DNA from: Candidatus Thorarchaeota archaeon
Lineage (GTDB): Archaea; Asgardarchaeota; Thorarchaeia; Thorarchaeales; Thorarchaeaceae
DNA length: 64,000 bases
NCBI GenBank assembly: GCA_046482545.1
Contig: JAWOEX010000021.1
Coordinates: forward strand, 192,001-256,000
Direction of reading: 5' to 3'
In this document: positions 9,671-18,685 of the stretch, one piece after another
How the letters are laid out: every line of letters starts with the position of its first letter
How positions within the stretch are numbered: position 1 is the stretch's first letter
The notes under the pieces: generated by a model
Told to the model about the DNA's origin: nothing
Database searches by the model: none
The model's input: only the letters and a program-made list of their open reading frames with translations
Translations under genes and position numbers: made by a program

Positions 9671-10807
9671 TTGCCCTACATTTTGTATTCGTTCCGCAGT
9701 CATAAAAAGGTAGCACTCGGAATAGATGAGTGGAGACCGAGATTGGGTGTTAATCTTCAGAATTTTGGCAAAAAAATCGTCCACGAAGGGATATTACAGA
9801 AAAAGACCAAGCGGGGTTCACAGTGTCTAACCTGCGGCCATGAATGCATAATACAGGAAGGAAAACTCGGGTTTTGTAAGACAAGGACCAACTCAAATGG
9901 GTCAATCTATACCCTAGTATATGGGAATATCTCGTCAATTAGCAACAATCCAATTGAGAAAAAGCCAATCTATCATTTCGCTCCCGGTACCAGGGCACTA
10001 ACCGTGGGCAGCTGGAGATGTAATGCAACATGCGGTTTCTGCCAGAATTCCGACATATCAAAGACTGCGCCAACACCAGACAACGCCAATTTCATGTCTC
10101 CCGTGTCCTTCGTTGAGGAAGCAAGAAGGCGGGGTTCACAAGGTACCTCTGTCTCTCTAAATGAAGCTGCAACGCTCATGCTGGAGTGGAACATAGAGAT
10201 GTTTGAAGATGCCAAGGAAGAAGGACTGTACAATACAATTGTGACGAATGGCTACATGAGCAAGAAGGCAAGTGAGTTGATGGTAGATGCGGGCTTGGAT
10301 GCGGCGAACATCGACATTAAGGGGTGTCAGGAAGGTGTGAAAAGGGAATGTGGCATCGACGTGGAACTGGTCTGGCAAAATGCTGTAAGAATGAAGGAAA
10401 AGGGGGTTCATGTGGAACTAACCACGTTAATGGTTCCCGGGTTGAGTGATGACCTTTCATGCATAGAATCTATAGCAGAACGGATTAGTCATGATTTAGG
10501 ACCTTCCACTCCTTGGCACATCAGCAGATATTTCCCGGCTTTTGAGTATAGCACACCACCAACTGAAATCGAAAATCTGTTCGCTGCAAAGCAGATAGGC
10601 GAAGATAAGGGGCTCCATTATGTGTATGTTGGCAATGTCTACTCCAAGAATCTACAAAATACGGTATGTCCGTCCTGTGGTAGCCTATGCTATGAGCGAT
10701 CCTCTATGGTCTCCATCAATAAGGGACTCACTGAGGACGGTTGTTGTGCATCTTGCGGTGCTGACCTCGATTTTTCAGGACTGCATGGCAAATGGGAACA
10801 GGAATGA
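9671..10807 (+). CDS. amrS: AmmeMemoRadiSam-system radical SAM enzyme (true start probably 70-100 nt downstream)
   Basis: N-terminal CxxCxxxC..G.C..R, PIEKKP.YHF.PG, CNATCGFCQN radical SAM triad, TNGY, NIDIK, WHISRYFP, C-terminal CPSC...CASC. Confidence 0.85.
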   Translation: MPYILYSFRSHKKVALGIDEWRPRLGVNLQNFGKKIVHEGILQKKTKRGSQCLTCGHECIIQEGKLGFCKTRTNSNGSIYTLVYGNISSISNNPIEKKPIYHFAPGTRALTVGSWRCNATCGFCQNSDISKTAPTPDNANFMSPVSFVEEARRRGSQGTSVSLNEAATLMLEWNIEMFEDAKEEGLYNTIVTNGYMSKKASELMVDAGLDAANIDIKGCQEGVKRECGIDVELVWQNAVRMKEKGVHVELTTLMVPGLSDDLSCIESIAERISHDLGPSTPWHISRYFPAFEYSTPPTEIENLFAAKQIGEDKGLHYVYVGNVYSKNLQNTVCPSCGSLCYERSSMVSINKGLTEDGCCASCGADLDFSGLHGKWEQE

Positions 10808-10840
10808 TTTGTAGAGGGATCTGCAAACAATGCCGTAGTA

Positions 10841-11179
10841 CTAAGTCTCTTCCTCCAACGCTTCTATTTCTTGTCGAGTGGCTTCAAGCTCAGCGTCTAT
10901 GTCTTCAAGGGGGATGTAGTCTTCATCCTCATCCGCCCTGTGCGTATCTAACGTATACATGACATTGAAGCCTGCTAATGTTTTATGGAGTGCATTCGAA
11001 ATCTCCAAAATAGCATTCGTAATGTCATCTTGGACATCTTCATTATGCTCATAAACAAAATCATAGGCGCCTCTTATAGGGGTGAATCCAAGTTCGAGTA
11101 ACTTATGAATGACTTCGCTAGGTGCTGCACCTTCACTGTTGAACCATATACTGAGTCTCGTAATGAACTTCGAGGACAT
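10841..11179 (-). CDS. Small conserved archaeal hypothetical protein with acidic helical tail
   Basis: FNSEGAAPSEV...LGF.P..G.YDFVY core resembles a small archaeal DUF-type protein; same strand as the upstream operon. Confidence 0.65.
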   Translation of the reverse strand: MSSKFITRLSIWFNSEGAAPSEVIHKLLELGFTPIRGAYDFVYEHNEDVQDDITNAILEISNALHKTLAGFNVMYTLDTHRADEDEDYIPLEDIDAELEATRQEIEALEEET

Positions 11180-11255
11180 TTCTTCACACTCCGGTTTTTT
11201 CGTGACAGGTGTAAGCTCACTACAGTTCCTATAAGACTTTGCTACACGTTATACT

Positions 11256-12341
11256 TCATCGTCCATGAGGTAACAAGGATAGGTCTTCATGTTCAAGAGT
11301 ATGCTGCCAGAAGTTACGACAATCGCATTCAATCTCGGTCAGCGATTCAGGATTTTGAGTCAAAGAGAATTCACTGATTGCCTTTGAAAAAGAATCATCA
11401 CATTCCCCACAGTTGTGAGGTCCGCGCCGTTTGCCGGGAGCAACAGGATCACAAATTATTCGTACATCAGGCTTTACTTCTTGTCGTGCTCTCCTCAACA
11501 CCTCGGAAACAGTCCAGAGCCAGGCTGGCCGATAATCCCGCCGATACCAAAGCCGCTCAACAACTGTGTCTTTCTGAACCGCAACAGGATTAACTGACAC
11601 GGTACTTGCACCTAAATCAGCTGCATCTTTGATGCTCTGAACACCATCCAGAAGTGCCTGCCTTTCGGTCAGAAACGGCGGCTTGATTAGAATATAGGAT
11701 CTGATGTCAAGACCGGCCAAGGTAGTGATATCCACAGCCCTCTTGAAATCTTCAAGTGTGAATCCTTTGTTGATGAAGACTTCCCGTACAACATCATTAC
11801 TGCTTTCAAGCCCAATTGCTATCTCAACAACTTTCCCCGCAAGTGTCTTGTTGATCTCCTCAAGAATAGTGGTCTTAACAAACTCAGGGCGTGATTCGAG
11901 AACCACTTCGTGTACGCGCTCATCGTCGGAGAGTATATCGAGAATCTTCCGTCGAGCCTCAAGGGGAACTTCTTCAGAGTCAAGGAAGCTTCCACTAGTG
12001 TAGATTTTAACAGAAAGAGGTGGTTCCTTATGGTCCAGCTTCATCAAAGCTTTCTCAAACTGCTTCACAAGATTGCTGGAACTTATCTGTTCTGCAGCTC
12101 CGTCCAGTAAATAGCTGCACATGGTGCAACCACCCTGAGGACCTCTTGCGTGAGAACAGCCTACGGTTGCGAGAACAACAGATAGCGCATTGCCAATTTT
12201 TCGCCCAATTTTAGCTCGCGTAACCCATGCTGCAGAAGGTTGGGTAGGATCTGAGTGTCGTCTCTTTGATAACGATCGTTCCCGTTCCTCTAATGCAGCC
12301 TGCGTCAGAAGTTCGCTCATTTCGTCCAAAGTGTACCCCAC
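11256..12341 (-). CDS. raSEA: Archaeosine biosynthesis radical SAM lyase RaSEA
   Basis: Non-standard GCSH...GGCTMC triad, KIYTSGSFLD, ESRPEF, IGLES, YILIKPPFLTE, RGPHNCG.C; adjacent to arcS. Confidence 0.9.
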   Translation of the reverse strand: MGYTLDEMSELLTQAALEERERSLSKRRHSDPTQPSAAWVTRAKIGRKIGNALSVVLATVGCSHARGPQGGCTMCSYLLDGAAEQISSSNLVKQFEKALMKLDHKEPPLSVKIYTSGSFLDSEEVPLEARRKILDILSDDERVHEVVLESRPEFVKTTILEEINKTLAGKVVEIAIGLESSNDVVREVFINKGFTLEDFKRAVDITTLAGLDIRSYILIKPPFLTERQALLDGVQSIKDAADLGASTVSVNPVAVQKDTVVERLWYRRDYRPAWLWTVSEVLRRARQEVKPDVRIICDPVAPGKRRGPHNCGECDDSFSKAISEFSLTQNPESLTEIECDCRNFWQHTLEHEDLSLLPHGR

Positions 12342-12346
12342 GTTAT

Positions 12347-14290
12347 TCAGCTCCTTTTGTGCCTTAGATGCACTGCTAGCCCATTCTCGAACTCACACAT
12401 CTCGCGCCCAGACATCTCACTTTTCCCAACAGCAATGACACATTCATCGCGGTCCAGTACGATAACCTCATCACCTGGCCTAATTACGTCATCAGCATCC
12501 TCAATACCGACAGCAAAAAGTGAACTTCCTCTTAGTTTTGAGCCGTCAAAACCAATTCTAACCGAGTATCGGCCCATCTTCGAAAGCTTCCTTCCGCCAG
12601 CATTGGTTAGAGAGAGAGAACCGTTGTCTCCTACGAAAGTGCAGACTTGCTCTCCGTCAACTTCACAAACCACAGTTCGGTATAATCGGCCCCGAAAATC
12701 AGCATCATCTGGAATGAGTAATTCCCCAGCACCTGCTCCAAACTGGTAATCTGCAGTAGCCCTGAGCGTGTCTTTGAATTCGGTTGGATTGTGATATTCG
12801 ATGTTCAAAACCTTTTTCATGTCGTAAAGTGTTTCACGAAGTGCAGCCAGAGAATTCCGTGCTGTAGCATGTCCATCGGCAATAGAGTAGATTATGCTTT
12901 GCGAAATCTCAGACTCTGCAACCTTTACTGCATCAGTATACCCTCCAGATACATGTGCTACAACAACAATTGATTCGTCGTACTTCTGAAGAATGGTAGC
13001 AAGAGCATCTGCAGCAATCTTGAGCTCCTCTTCATCCCACTCCCCTGTTACAGGAATGTCATATTGGGCAACTGGATATACCCGTTCTAGCTCACGAGGA
13101 ATAACGCCCAAAGGAGATGTTAGAATGACTTCCGAAAGCGCGGATTTTTCTCTTCCCAATCCTGCCTGTATTGCTCGTTCAAATTTCCTGTGCGATCTAG
13201 ATTCTGAATACGGCTTCTTGGCAGAACATGGAAGTAATAGTACCAGTCGCTTGTTAGTTGGTGGTGAATAACGTGATGCAACAAAGTCCCTGAAACGACG
13301 GACTGCAGGAGCGTGATATGATTCAGGGCCAATCAGGTTTAACGACCTATCACCTGTTGTTGGAGTGAACTCCTCTAGGTAGTTGTACAGTTTTCTGTCA
13401 ATCCGTCGGAGAGCAGCTGCAGAAGCAGGGCTTGAGTGTGTGAAAGCCTCAACTAGCCATCTGAGTTTCCCTCTACGTAGTGCATCAACACCCTTTGACT
13501 TGACTTGCCGGTACATATTGAGATTATGTTCAAAGAGTCTCTCTTCAAACTCAGAGCTGGATATATCTTTCACATTCGTGATTTTGGCGCAAGCATCACA
13601 AGGACAGAAACGGAGAGGAACATGATCCTCAATTCTTTCAGCATCCAGTTCCCACAATCGTTTCTTGTGGAGAGCGGCTAGATGAGCATAGCCAACATCG
13701 AAAACGTCAACACCCAGATAGTATAGTAGGGGAACCAGCCACGGTTGAATTTTGCCAAGACCGATTGTAAGCCAGTTGGAAGGTAATTCAGCCCTGAAAC
13801 GGATTCCATTGAAATCTCTTGGACCAAGATTTCCGTTGAAAGAAAATGCTGCAGCCCTTACCCCCAATCCATGAAGATCTTCAACTACGTCGAGCATGCC
13901 ATTCTTCTTCGCACCTGCAGGTACCCGCAAGATGAGACGAGCAGGGTCAATCTGTCTACTCCATTGCCGGGCCAAGTCCACTTGCCGCTCTAGCAGGTAC
14001 TGAGCCATATAAGAGATAGAATCTGATGAGTATGCCACAGATGGAAGGAGAATCATATGCTCGTGATCTTCAAGAGGGGCTACATTGGTTTCCTTGTGAA
14101 ACACAGTTGAAAGGATGCCCATATCTGGAATTTTCACATCGTTTCCTGAGTAACCAATGTGCTGAAACCCTTCTACCCCCCTATATCCTAGAGCAAGAAG
14201 AGCTGGAAGATTCACGCGGTGCTTCTCAGTCTTGTATTCACCAATTCTAGCGGGGCCATCGTGACCTTCACCAATAAGAAATTCGTTCAA
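12347..14290 (-). CDS. arcS: Archaeosine synthase subunit alpha ArcS (TGT-like + DUF5591 + PUA)
   Basis: DGPARIG N-terminus, CPCDAC...HN Zn site, LLLPCSAKKPYSESRSH, TSPLG..PRELE, YDIPVTG.W, ADYQFG, C-terminal PUA (IRPGDEV). Confidence 0.9.
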   Translation of the reverse strand: MNEFLIGEGHDGPARIGEYKTEKHRVNLPALLALGYRGVEGFQHIGYSGNDVKIPDMGILSTVFHKETNVAPLEDHEHMILLPSVAYSSDSISYMAQYLLERQVDLARQWSRQIDPARLILRVPAGAKKNGMLDVVEDLHGLGVRAAAFSFNGNLGPRDFNGIRFRAELPSNWLTIGLGKIQPWLVPLLYYLGVDVFDVGYAHLAALHKKRLWELDAERIEDHVPLRFCPCDACAKITNVKDISSSEFEERLFEHNLNMYRQVKSKGVDALRRGKLRWLVEAFTHSSPASAAALRRIDRKLYNYLEEFTPTTGDRSLNLIGPESYHAPAVRRFRDFVASRYSPPTNKRLVLLLPCSAKKPYSESRSHRKFERAIQAGLGREKSALSEVILTSPLGVIPRELERVYPVAQYDIPVTGEWDEEELKIAADALATILQKYDESIVVVAHVSGGYTDAVKVAESEISQSIIYSIADGHATARNSLAALRETLYDMKKVLNIEYHNPTEFKDTLRATADYQFGAGAGELLIPDDADFRGRLYRTVVCEVDGEQVCTFVGDNGSLSLTNAGGRKLSKMGRYSVRIGFDGSKLRGSSLFAVGIEDADDVIRPGDEVIVLDRDECVIAVGKSEMSGREMCEFENGLAVHLRHKRS

Positions 14291-14308
14291 TTATCTATCC
14301 TCCGTAAA

Positions 14309-16954
14309 TCAGACCAAGGGCTCGTATCCTCGATAGCCTTCTATGTCAACTTGTGTGTCGGTTCCAGCAAGTATCTGTCGAACGCTTTCCAATGCGCCCT
14401 GCTTGAATAGTGGACTGTTATTATTACCACATTGATAGGAATAAGTGCATAATGGGCAGCCATCTACTGTATCGCAATCACACTTATCCAAGATAGTTTC
14501 AGACCTTTTCAAAGCCTCTTGAAGTCTTGTAAACAGCAGCTTTGAAGCACCATTTCCTCCAGGACAACCATCGTAAACGAATATTATACCACTGTCGCCC
14601 ATAGATACACCGCCGATTTCTCTCGTGCTGCCTCCGGTTAACATATCGCTTGATTCTATCACTACATGCTCTAAAGCATGGAAAGCACCGCCGTAAAGTT
14701 CTCCTGGACCCATCTTGGGTCCTTCGGCATCTTTGAGTTCCCCGTATAGATATTCGTTCACAGCAGTATCTGGCTCTGGAGCAGCGAATGCAAAACCCTT
14801 TGTCCGATATGTGTAGACTAAAGGATCTTTCAAATGAATCATATCTAGTATATCGCCACTCCGAGTCGCTTTCTTAACATAGCCATCGACCGTCTGTTTC
14901 ATTTCTAGATTGCAATAGGCCACGTCCATTCCAAGTAAGTCTTGACATTCATTGATTTTCATGATTCGCGGCATTGTGACATACAACGGACGAGTGTAGA
15001 CATTTTTCTCATCACTTTGTACCACTCGAGCCCTACCCAGTCCCGAAGTGTATCGAAAGTCGACTGACTTGTAATTCTGCCCTCCATGGAGGTAAATTGC
15101 TCCTGGATGAAGCTCTTGCGCAGCCATCGGCATTGACCGACGGCCAATGGTCTTCTTCCCGGATTTGATTTGGACAGTATCACCAATTCCCCGAATGCTG
15201 TATCCCCTCCATTTTTTCCTAGCCTGTTCATAATCAACAACTCTTACCTTCCCATCATCATTCACAGAGAGAATGCCATCCTTTTCCAGTTCTTCGAGAA
15301 TTTCCTGTTGGCGCGGGAAATGAGAAACATGCAGTTTGCCACTCATAGCCGCAGCAATAAGCTGGAAATACCCCACAACCTCGTTATCGGGCTCCATATA
15401 AGCTGCATCGATATCGGTGAAATACTTGTCAGGCTGATGTCTATAGAAAGAGGAGATAGGATCATTGTCGCGAAGAGCTAAAACCGCTACACTCTCTTGT
15501 CCTTTCCTGCCGGCCCTCCCGATTCGCTGAGTTAGCCGTGTAATGGAAGTAATCACGCTTACAACGGAGTCGAGATCCCCAATATCCACACCAAGCTCGA
15601 GGGTTGGTGTTGATACTATAATTGGAAGGTCACCGGATTTGAAGTTCTCCTCAACATCATTTCTGTACTTCTTAGATAGGCCAGCCCTGTGTACCATCGA
15701 CTTGTGACCACTTTCGTTGATTAATATGTTAAGAAGCTCGGCTTCAGTATGGGTGTTGCCAAAAACCAGTGTTTTGAATTCGCCTTCTTGGAGCTTGTCA
15801 ACAATATCGACAATCATGGTGTATTTGCTTCTCTCGCCAGGATAATACATCATAAAGTGTATCGGCCCACGTTTGGCGCTTTCTGACGCAACCAGCTCAA
15901 CCTCTGTGTTGAATATGAGCTCAGCAAACTCTTTCGGGTTGGCAATTGTTGCTGACGCACCGATTTTCTGAAAATCCCCACAGGCGATAGCTAGCCGTTT
16001 CAGGATGTAGTACAGGTTTGCGCCCATTGAGCCAGAGTATAAGTGAATCTCATCTAGGACAACATAATCAACGGTTTCCAAGAGCGGCACTAAGCGAGAC
16101 CTTTTCCAGCCTAAATGATAATGTAAGATGTCAGGATTCGTCAAGAGAATATCAGGCGGATTTGAGTAAATTTTCCGTCTCTTATATTGCGAGACATCTC
16201 CATCAAATAGGGCTGCTGAAAGACCACATACCTCGCACATTGCCGAAATCTTCTCGAACTGGTCTCGGGCAAGTGCCTTTGTGGGATAAACAAGCAGGGT
16301 CCTCACACCGGGATTTACTACAGCCTCCCGAATGTTGATTAGCAGTTTCTTCATGATAGGAAGAATGAAGCCCTCTGTCTTCCCCTGTGCAGTAGGAGCA
16401 GAGATAACAACATCATGTCCACCCATGATGAGATCATAGCAGTCTTCTTGGAATTTGTAGAGCGTTTCTATTCCTTTGTCATTGAGAACACTCTTCAGAC
16501 GTATAGGAATCTTGAGATTTTCAATGGAAGAACCGTATTCAGCATCTGTGGCCTTCATGTACCTATACGTAACCAGATAATCATGCCCCCGACGTGCAAG
16601 CTCTTCCAAGCCCGACGGCAATTCATCAAGTTCAGCCCCACCGTTTTCGATTCTTTCTTGAATTTCTTCCAGAGATTGTACTCGCTCTTTGCGAGCTTTC
16701 CTTCTTCGCCGTGAAGAACCTCTCTTTGACCTTGTTCTTCTTTTCCATGACTTCCGTTTGGGTGTGGAACCTCCAATCTTCCCACTCTTGATAGCTTCAG
16801 AGTATGCCTCATACGCGTCAAAAAGATCGCCACCCTTGATACTGAGTTCTGCATTACAGTGACCGCATCGCACGGTCCAAATGCGGCCTTTTTGGTTGAT
16901 GACGAGCTTTGAACCGCATTTAAGACAGTGGAGCACGGGCATCGGCTTCAACAA
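14309..16954 (-). CDS. Hrq1/SftH-like DEAD/H helicase with C-terminal DUF1998 and N-terminal Zn ribbon
   Basis: PTAQGKT, YPTKALARDQ, TNPD, DEIH, SAT, LELGVDIG, QRIGRAGR, HALEH, YDGCPGGNG, CDC...GCPLC...C. Confidence 0.9.
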   Translation of the reverse strand: MLKPMPVLHCLKCGSKLVINQKGRIWTVRCGHCNAELSIKGGDLFDAYEAYSEAIKSGKIGGSTPKRKSWKRRTRSKRGSSRRRRKARKERVQSLEEIQERIENGGAELDELPSGLEELARRGHDYLVTYRYMKATDAEYGSSIENLKIPIRLKSVLNDKGIETLYKFQEDCYDLIMGGHDVVISAPTAQGKTEGFILPIMKKLLINIREAVVNPGVRTLLVYPTKALARDQFEKISAMCEVCGLSAALFDGDVSQYKRRKIYSNPPDILLTNPDILHYHLGWKRSRLVPLLETVDYVVLDEIHLYSGSMGANLYYILKRLAIACGDFQKIGASATIANPKEFAELIFNTEVELVASESAKRGPIHFMMYYPGERSKYTMIVDIVDKLQEGEFKTLVFGNTHTEAELLNILINESGHKSMVHRAGLSKKYRNDVEENFKSGDLPIIVSTPTLELGVDIGDLDSVVSVITSITRLTQRIGRAGRKGQESVAVLALRDNDPISSFYRHQPDKYFTDIDAAYMEPDNEVVGYFQLIAAAMSGKLHVSHFPRQQEILEELEKDGILSVNDDGKVRVVDYEQARKKWRGYSIRGIGDTVQIKSGKKTIGRRSMPMAAQELHPGAIYLHGGQNYKSVDFRYTSGLGRARVVQSDEKNVYTRPLYVTMPRIMKINECQDLLGMDVAYCNLEMKQTVDGYVKKATRSGDILDMIHLKDPLVYTYRTKGFAFAAPEPDTAVNEYLYGELKDAEGPKMGPGELYGGAFHALEHVVIESSDMLTGGSTREIGGVSMGDSGIIFVYDGCPGGNGASKLLFTRLQEALKRSETILDKCDCDTVDGCPLCTYSYQCGNNNSPLFKQGALESVRQILAGTDTQVDIEGYRGYEPLV

Positions 16955-17295
16955 ATCCTCCAGAAAAGGCTAATTCAGGCCGCTTATCAAATTTTGGCAG
17001 TGTATTTAGCAAGGATAGGGAGTATCAAAGGAATGAGTGCACAATCTTGTTGGCGGATGGTTTATTGGAAGCACGGAAACAGTCGGTAACGAGGAATCTA
17101 ATACAATCGGCGTGTCAATCATCAAAAAGGTTATTGAAGGCCTAGCGGGTAGATTTCGATAGAAGGTAATGAAGAAGACCCGGAGACTCCAAGCGATTCT
17201 ACTCTTAACAGAGTCTCAAAATGTTGCGCTTTCACAATGGTTAAAAGCGGTTGTGCAAGTTGTTATCACAACCGATTCGTACCGGAGATAAAACA

Positions 17296-17655
17296 ATGGT
17301 CAAAGATATTAACTCAGATCAGATTCCAGAAATAATCGAAGATAATAAAGTCGTATTCGTCGACTGCCATGCTGTCTGGTGCCAACCTTGCAGGACATTA
17401 AGCCCGATACTGGAGAATATTCACGAGAAATATAACAGCAAAGGACTGAGGGTAGTCAAACTGGATGTAGATGAGAACCGTGACTTCAGCACCAAGAACC
17501 AAATCACCGGAGTGCCCAGTGTACTTGTCTATGCTGACGGGCAGCGTGTTGTATTTGACGACGGCAACGGTAACAAGATGGATAGGCTAGTTGGTGTAAT
17601 GCCAATGGAAGTCTATGATACGATAGCCAATGAGCTGCTCGGGGAAGCATCCTAA
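17296..17655 (+). CDS. trxA: Thioredoxin
   Basis: WCQPC active site and cis-Pro GVP; ATG at 17296 with upstream GGAG. Confidence 0.88.
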   Translation: MVKDINSDQIPEIIEDNKVVFVDCHAVWCQPCRTLSPILENIHEKYNSKGLRVVKLDVDENRDFSTKNQITGVPSVLVYADGQRVVFDDGNGNKMDRLVGVMPMEVYDTIANELLGEAS

Positions 17656-17715
17656 GAATATGCCGCCAACAAGCTTGATTAGGGATAGCCAGATACGTCC
17701 GAGAAGGTGAATTGT

Positions 17716-18072
17716 ATGGTCAACGATGTAACGCCACAAGCAGTAGAGCAAGCAAAAAATGAAAACAAGGTAGTACTTGTCGATTGCTGGGCGCCATGGT
17801 GCGGCCCCTGCAAGGCTTTGGGGCCAATCCTAGATGAGCTTGAACAAGAGTACATGGATAACCCCGATGTGAAATTCCTTAAAGTAAATACGCAAGAATA
17901 CAGACAATTCGCAGTAGAGAATAACCTCGTGGCAATTCCTTGTGTACTCATCTACAAGAATGGAAAACTGGCAACCTACGAGGATCCCCATAGGGGCGAG
18001 AAAACAGATCGACTTGTGGGACTGCGGCCTGCTGAACAGTACGAGCAGGTAATAGACACCCTTCTTGAATAG
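17716..18072 (+). CDS. trxA: Thioredoxin
   Basis: WAPWCGPC and AIP; ATG at 17716 preceded by AAGGTGA. Confidence 0.9.
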   Translation: MVNDVTPQAVEQAKNENKVVLVDCWAPWCGPCKALGPILDELEQEYMDNPDVKFLKVNTQEYRQFAVENNLVAIPCVLIYKNGKLATYEDPHRGEKTDRLVGLRPAEQYEQVIDTLLE

Positions 18073-18159
18073 TTACCTTCTTGGCTTACGACGCAGGTCA
18101 TAGGTTTATTAGACAGAAGAAATATTGCCAGAATAATCAATCTGTAGAGGTCCAAGAAG

Positions 18160-18684
18160 TTGCCTATTCTTCCCTTTGGAGACACAAAGCCTGATATTGA
18201 CCCAGAAGCATACATCAGCACACAAGCAACCATCGTAGGCGATGTGACGATTAGCGAAGGGGTAAGTGTTTGGCCTGGAGCTGTGATTCGTGGAGATCGC
18301 GCTTCAGTCAGCATTGAAGAAAACTCGTGTGTGCAAGATAGCGTCGTCATACACGCACATAACGAAGAGAATCCGGCTATGATTGGGAGCCACACTGCAA
18401 TTGGCTCCAGCTCAGTCTTGCACGGAGTTTACCTAGGGGACTCGGTTGATATTGGTGAAGCCTGTGTAGTTTTTGATGGAGCAACCTTGGGAGAGGGAGT
18501 GAAACTTGCGCCAGGTTCCATAGTACCCGAAAATGTGGTGATTCCACCACGGAGCCTGAATTCTGGCTCACCTGCCTCTCAAATCAGGGAATTATCTCAG
18601 AAGGATGTTGAACGGCAGAAGACAAATGCGAAAGTCATAAGTCAAGTGTTTCAGAAACTTCGAAAGTGGCAGTTCCAGCCATAG
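18160..18684 (+). CDS. Gamma-carbonic anhydrase family hexapeptide-repeat protein (one His ligand missing)
   Basis: GDV.I...VSVWPGAVIRGD, VQD..VIH, LHG, GSPA..IREL. Confidence 0.85.
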   Translation: MPILPFGDTKPDIDPEAYISTQATIVGDVTISEGVSVWPGAVIRGDRASVSIEENSCVQDSVVIHAHNEENPAMIGSHTAIGSSSVLHGVYLGDSVDIGEACVVFDGATLGEGVKLAPGSIVPENVVIPPRSLNSGSPASQIRELSQKDVERQKTNAKVISQVFQKLRKWQFQP

Positions 18685-18685
18685 G

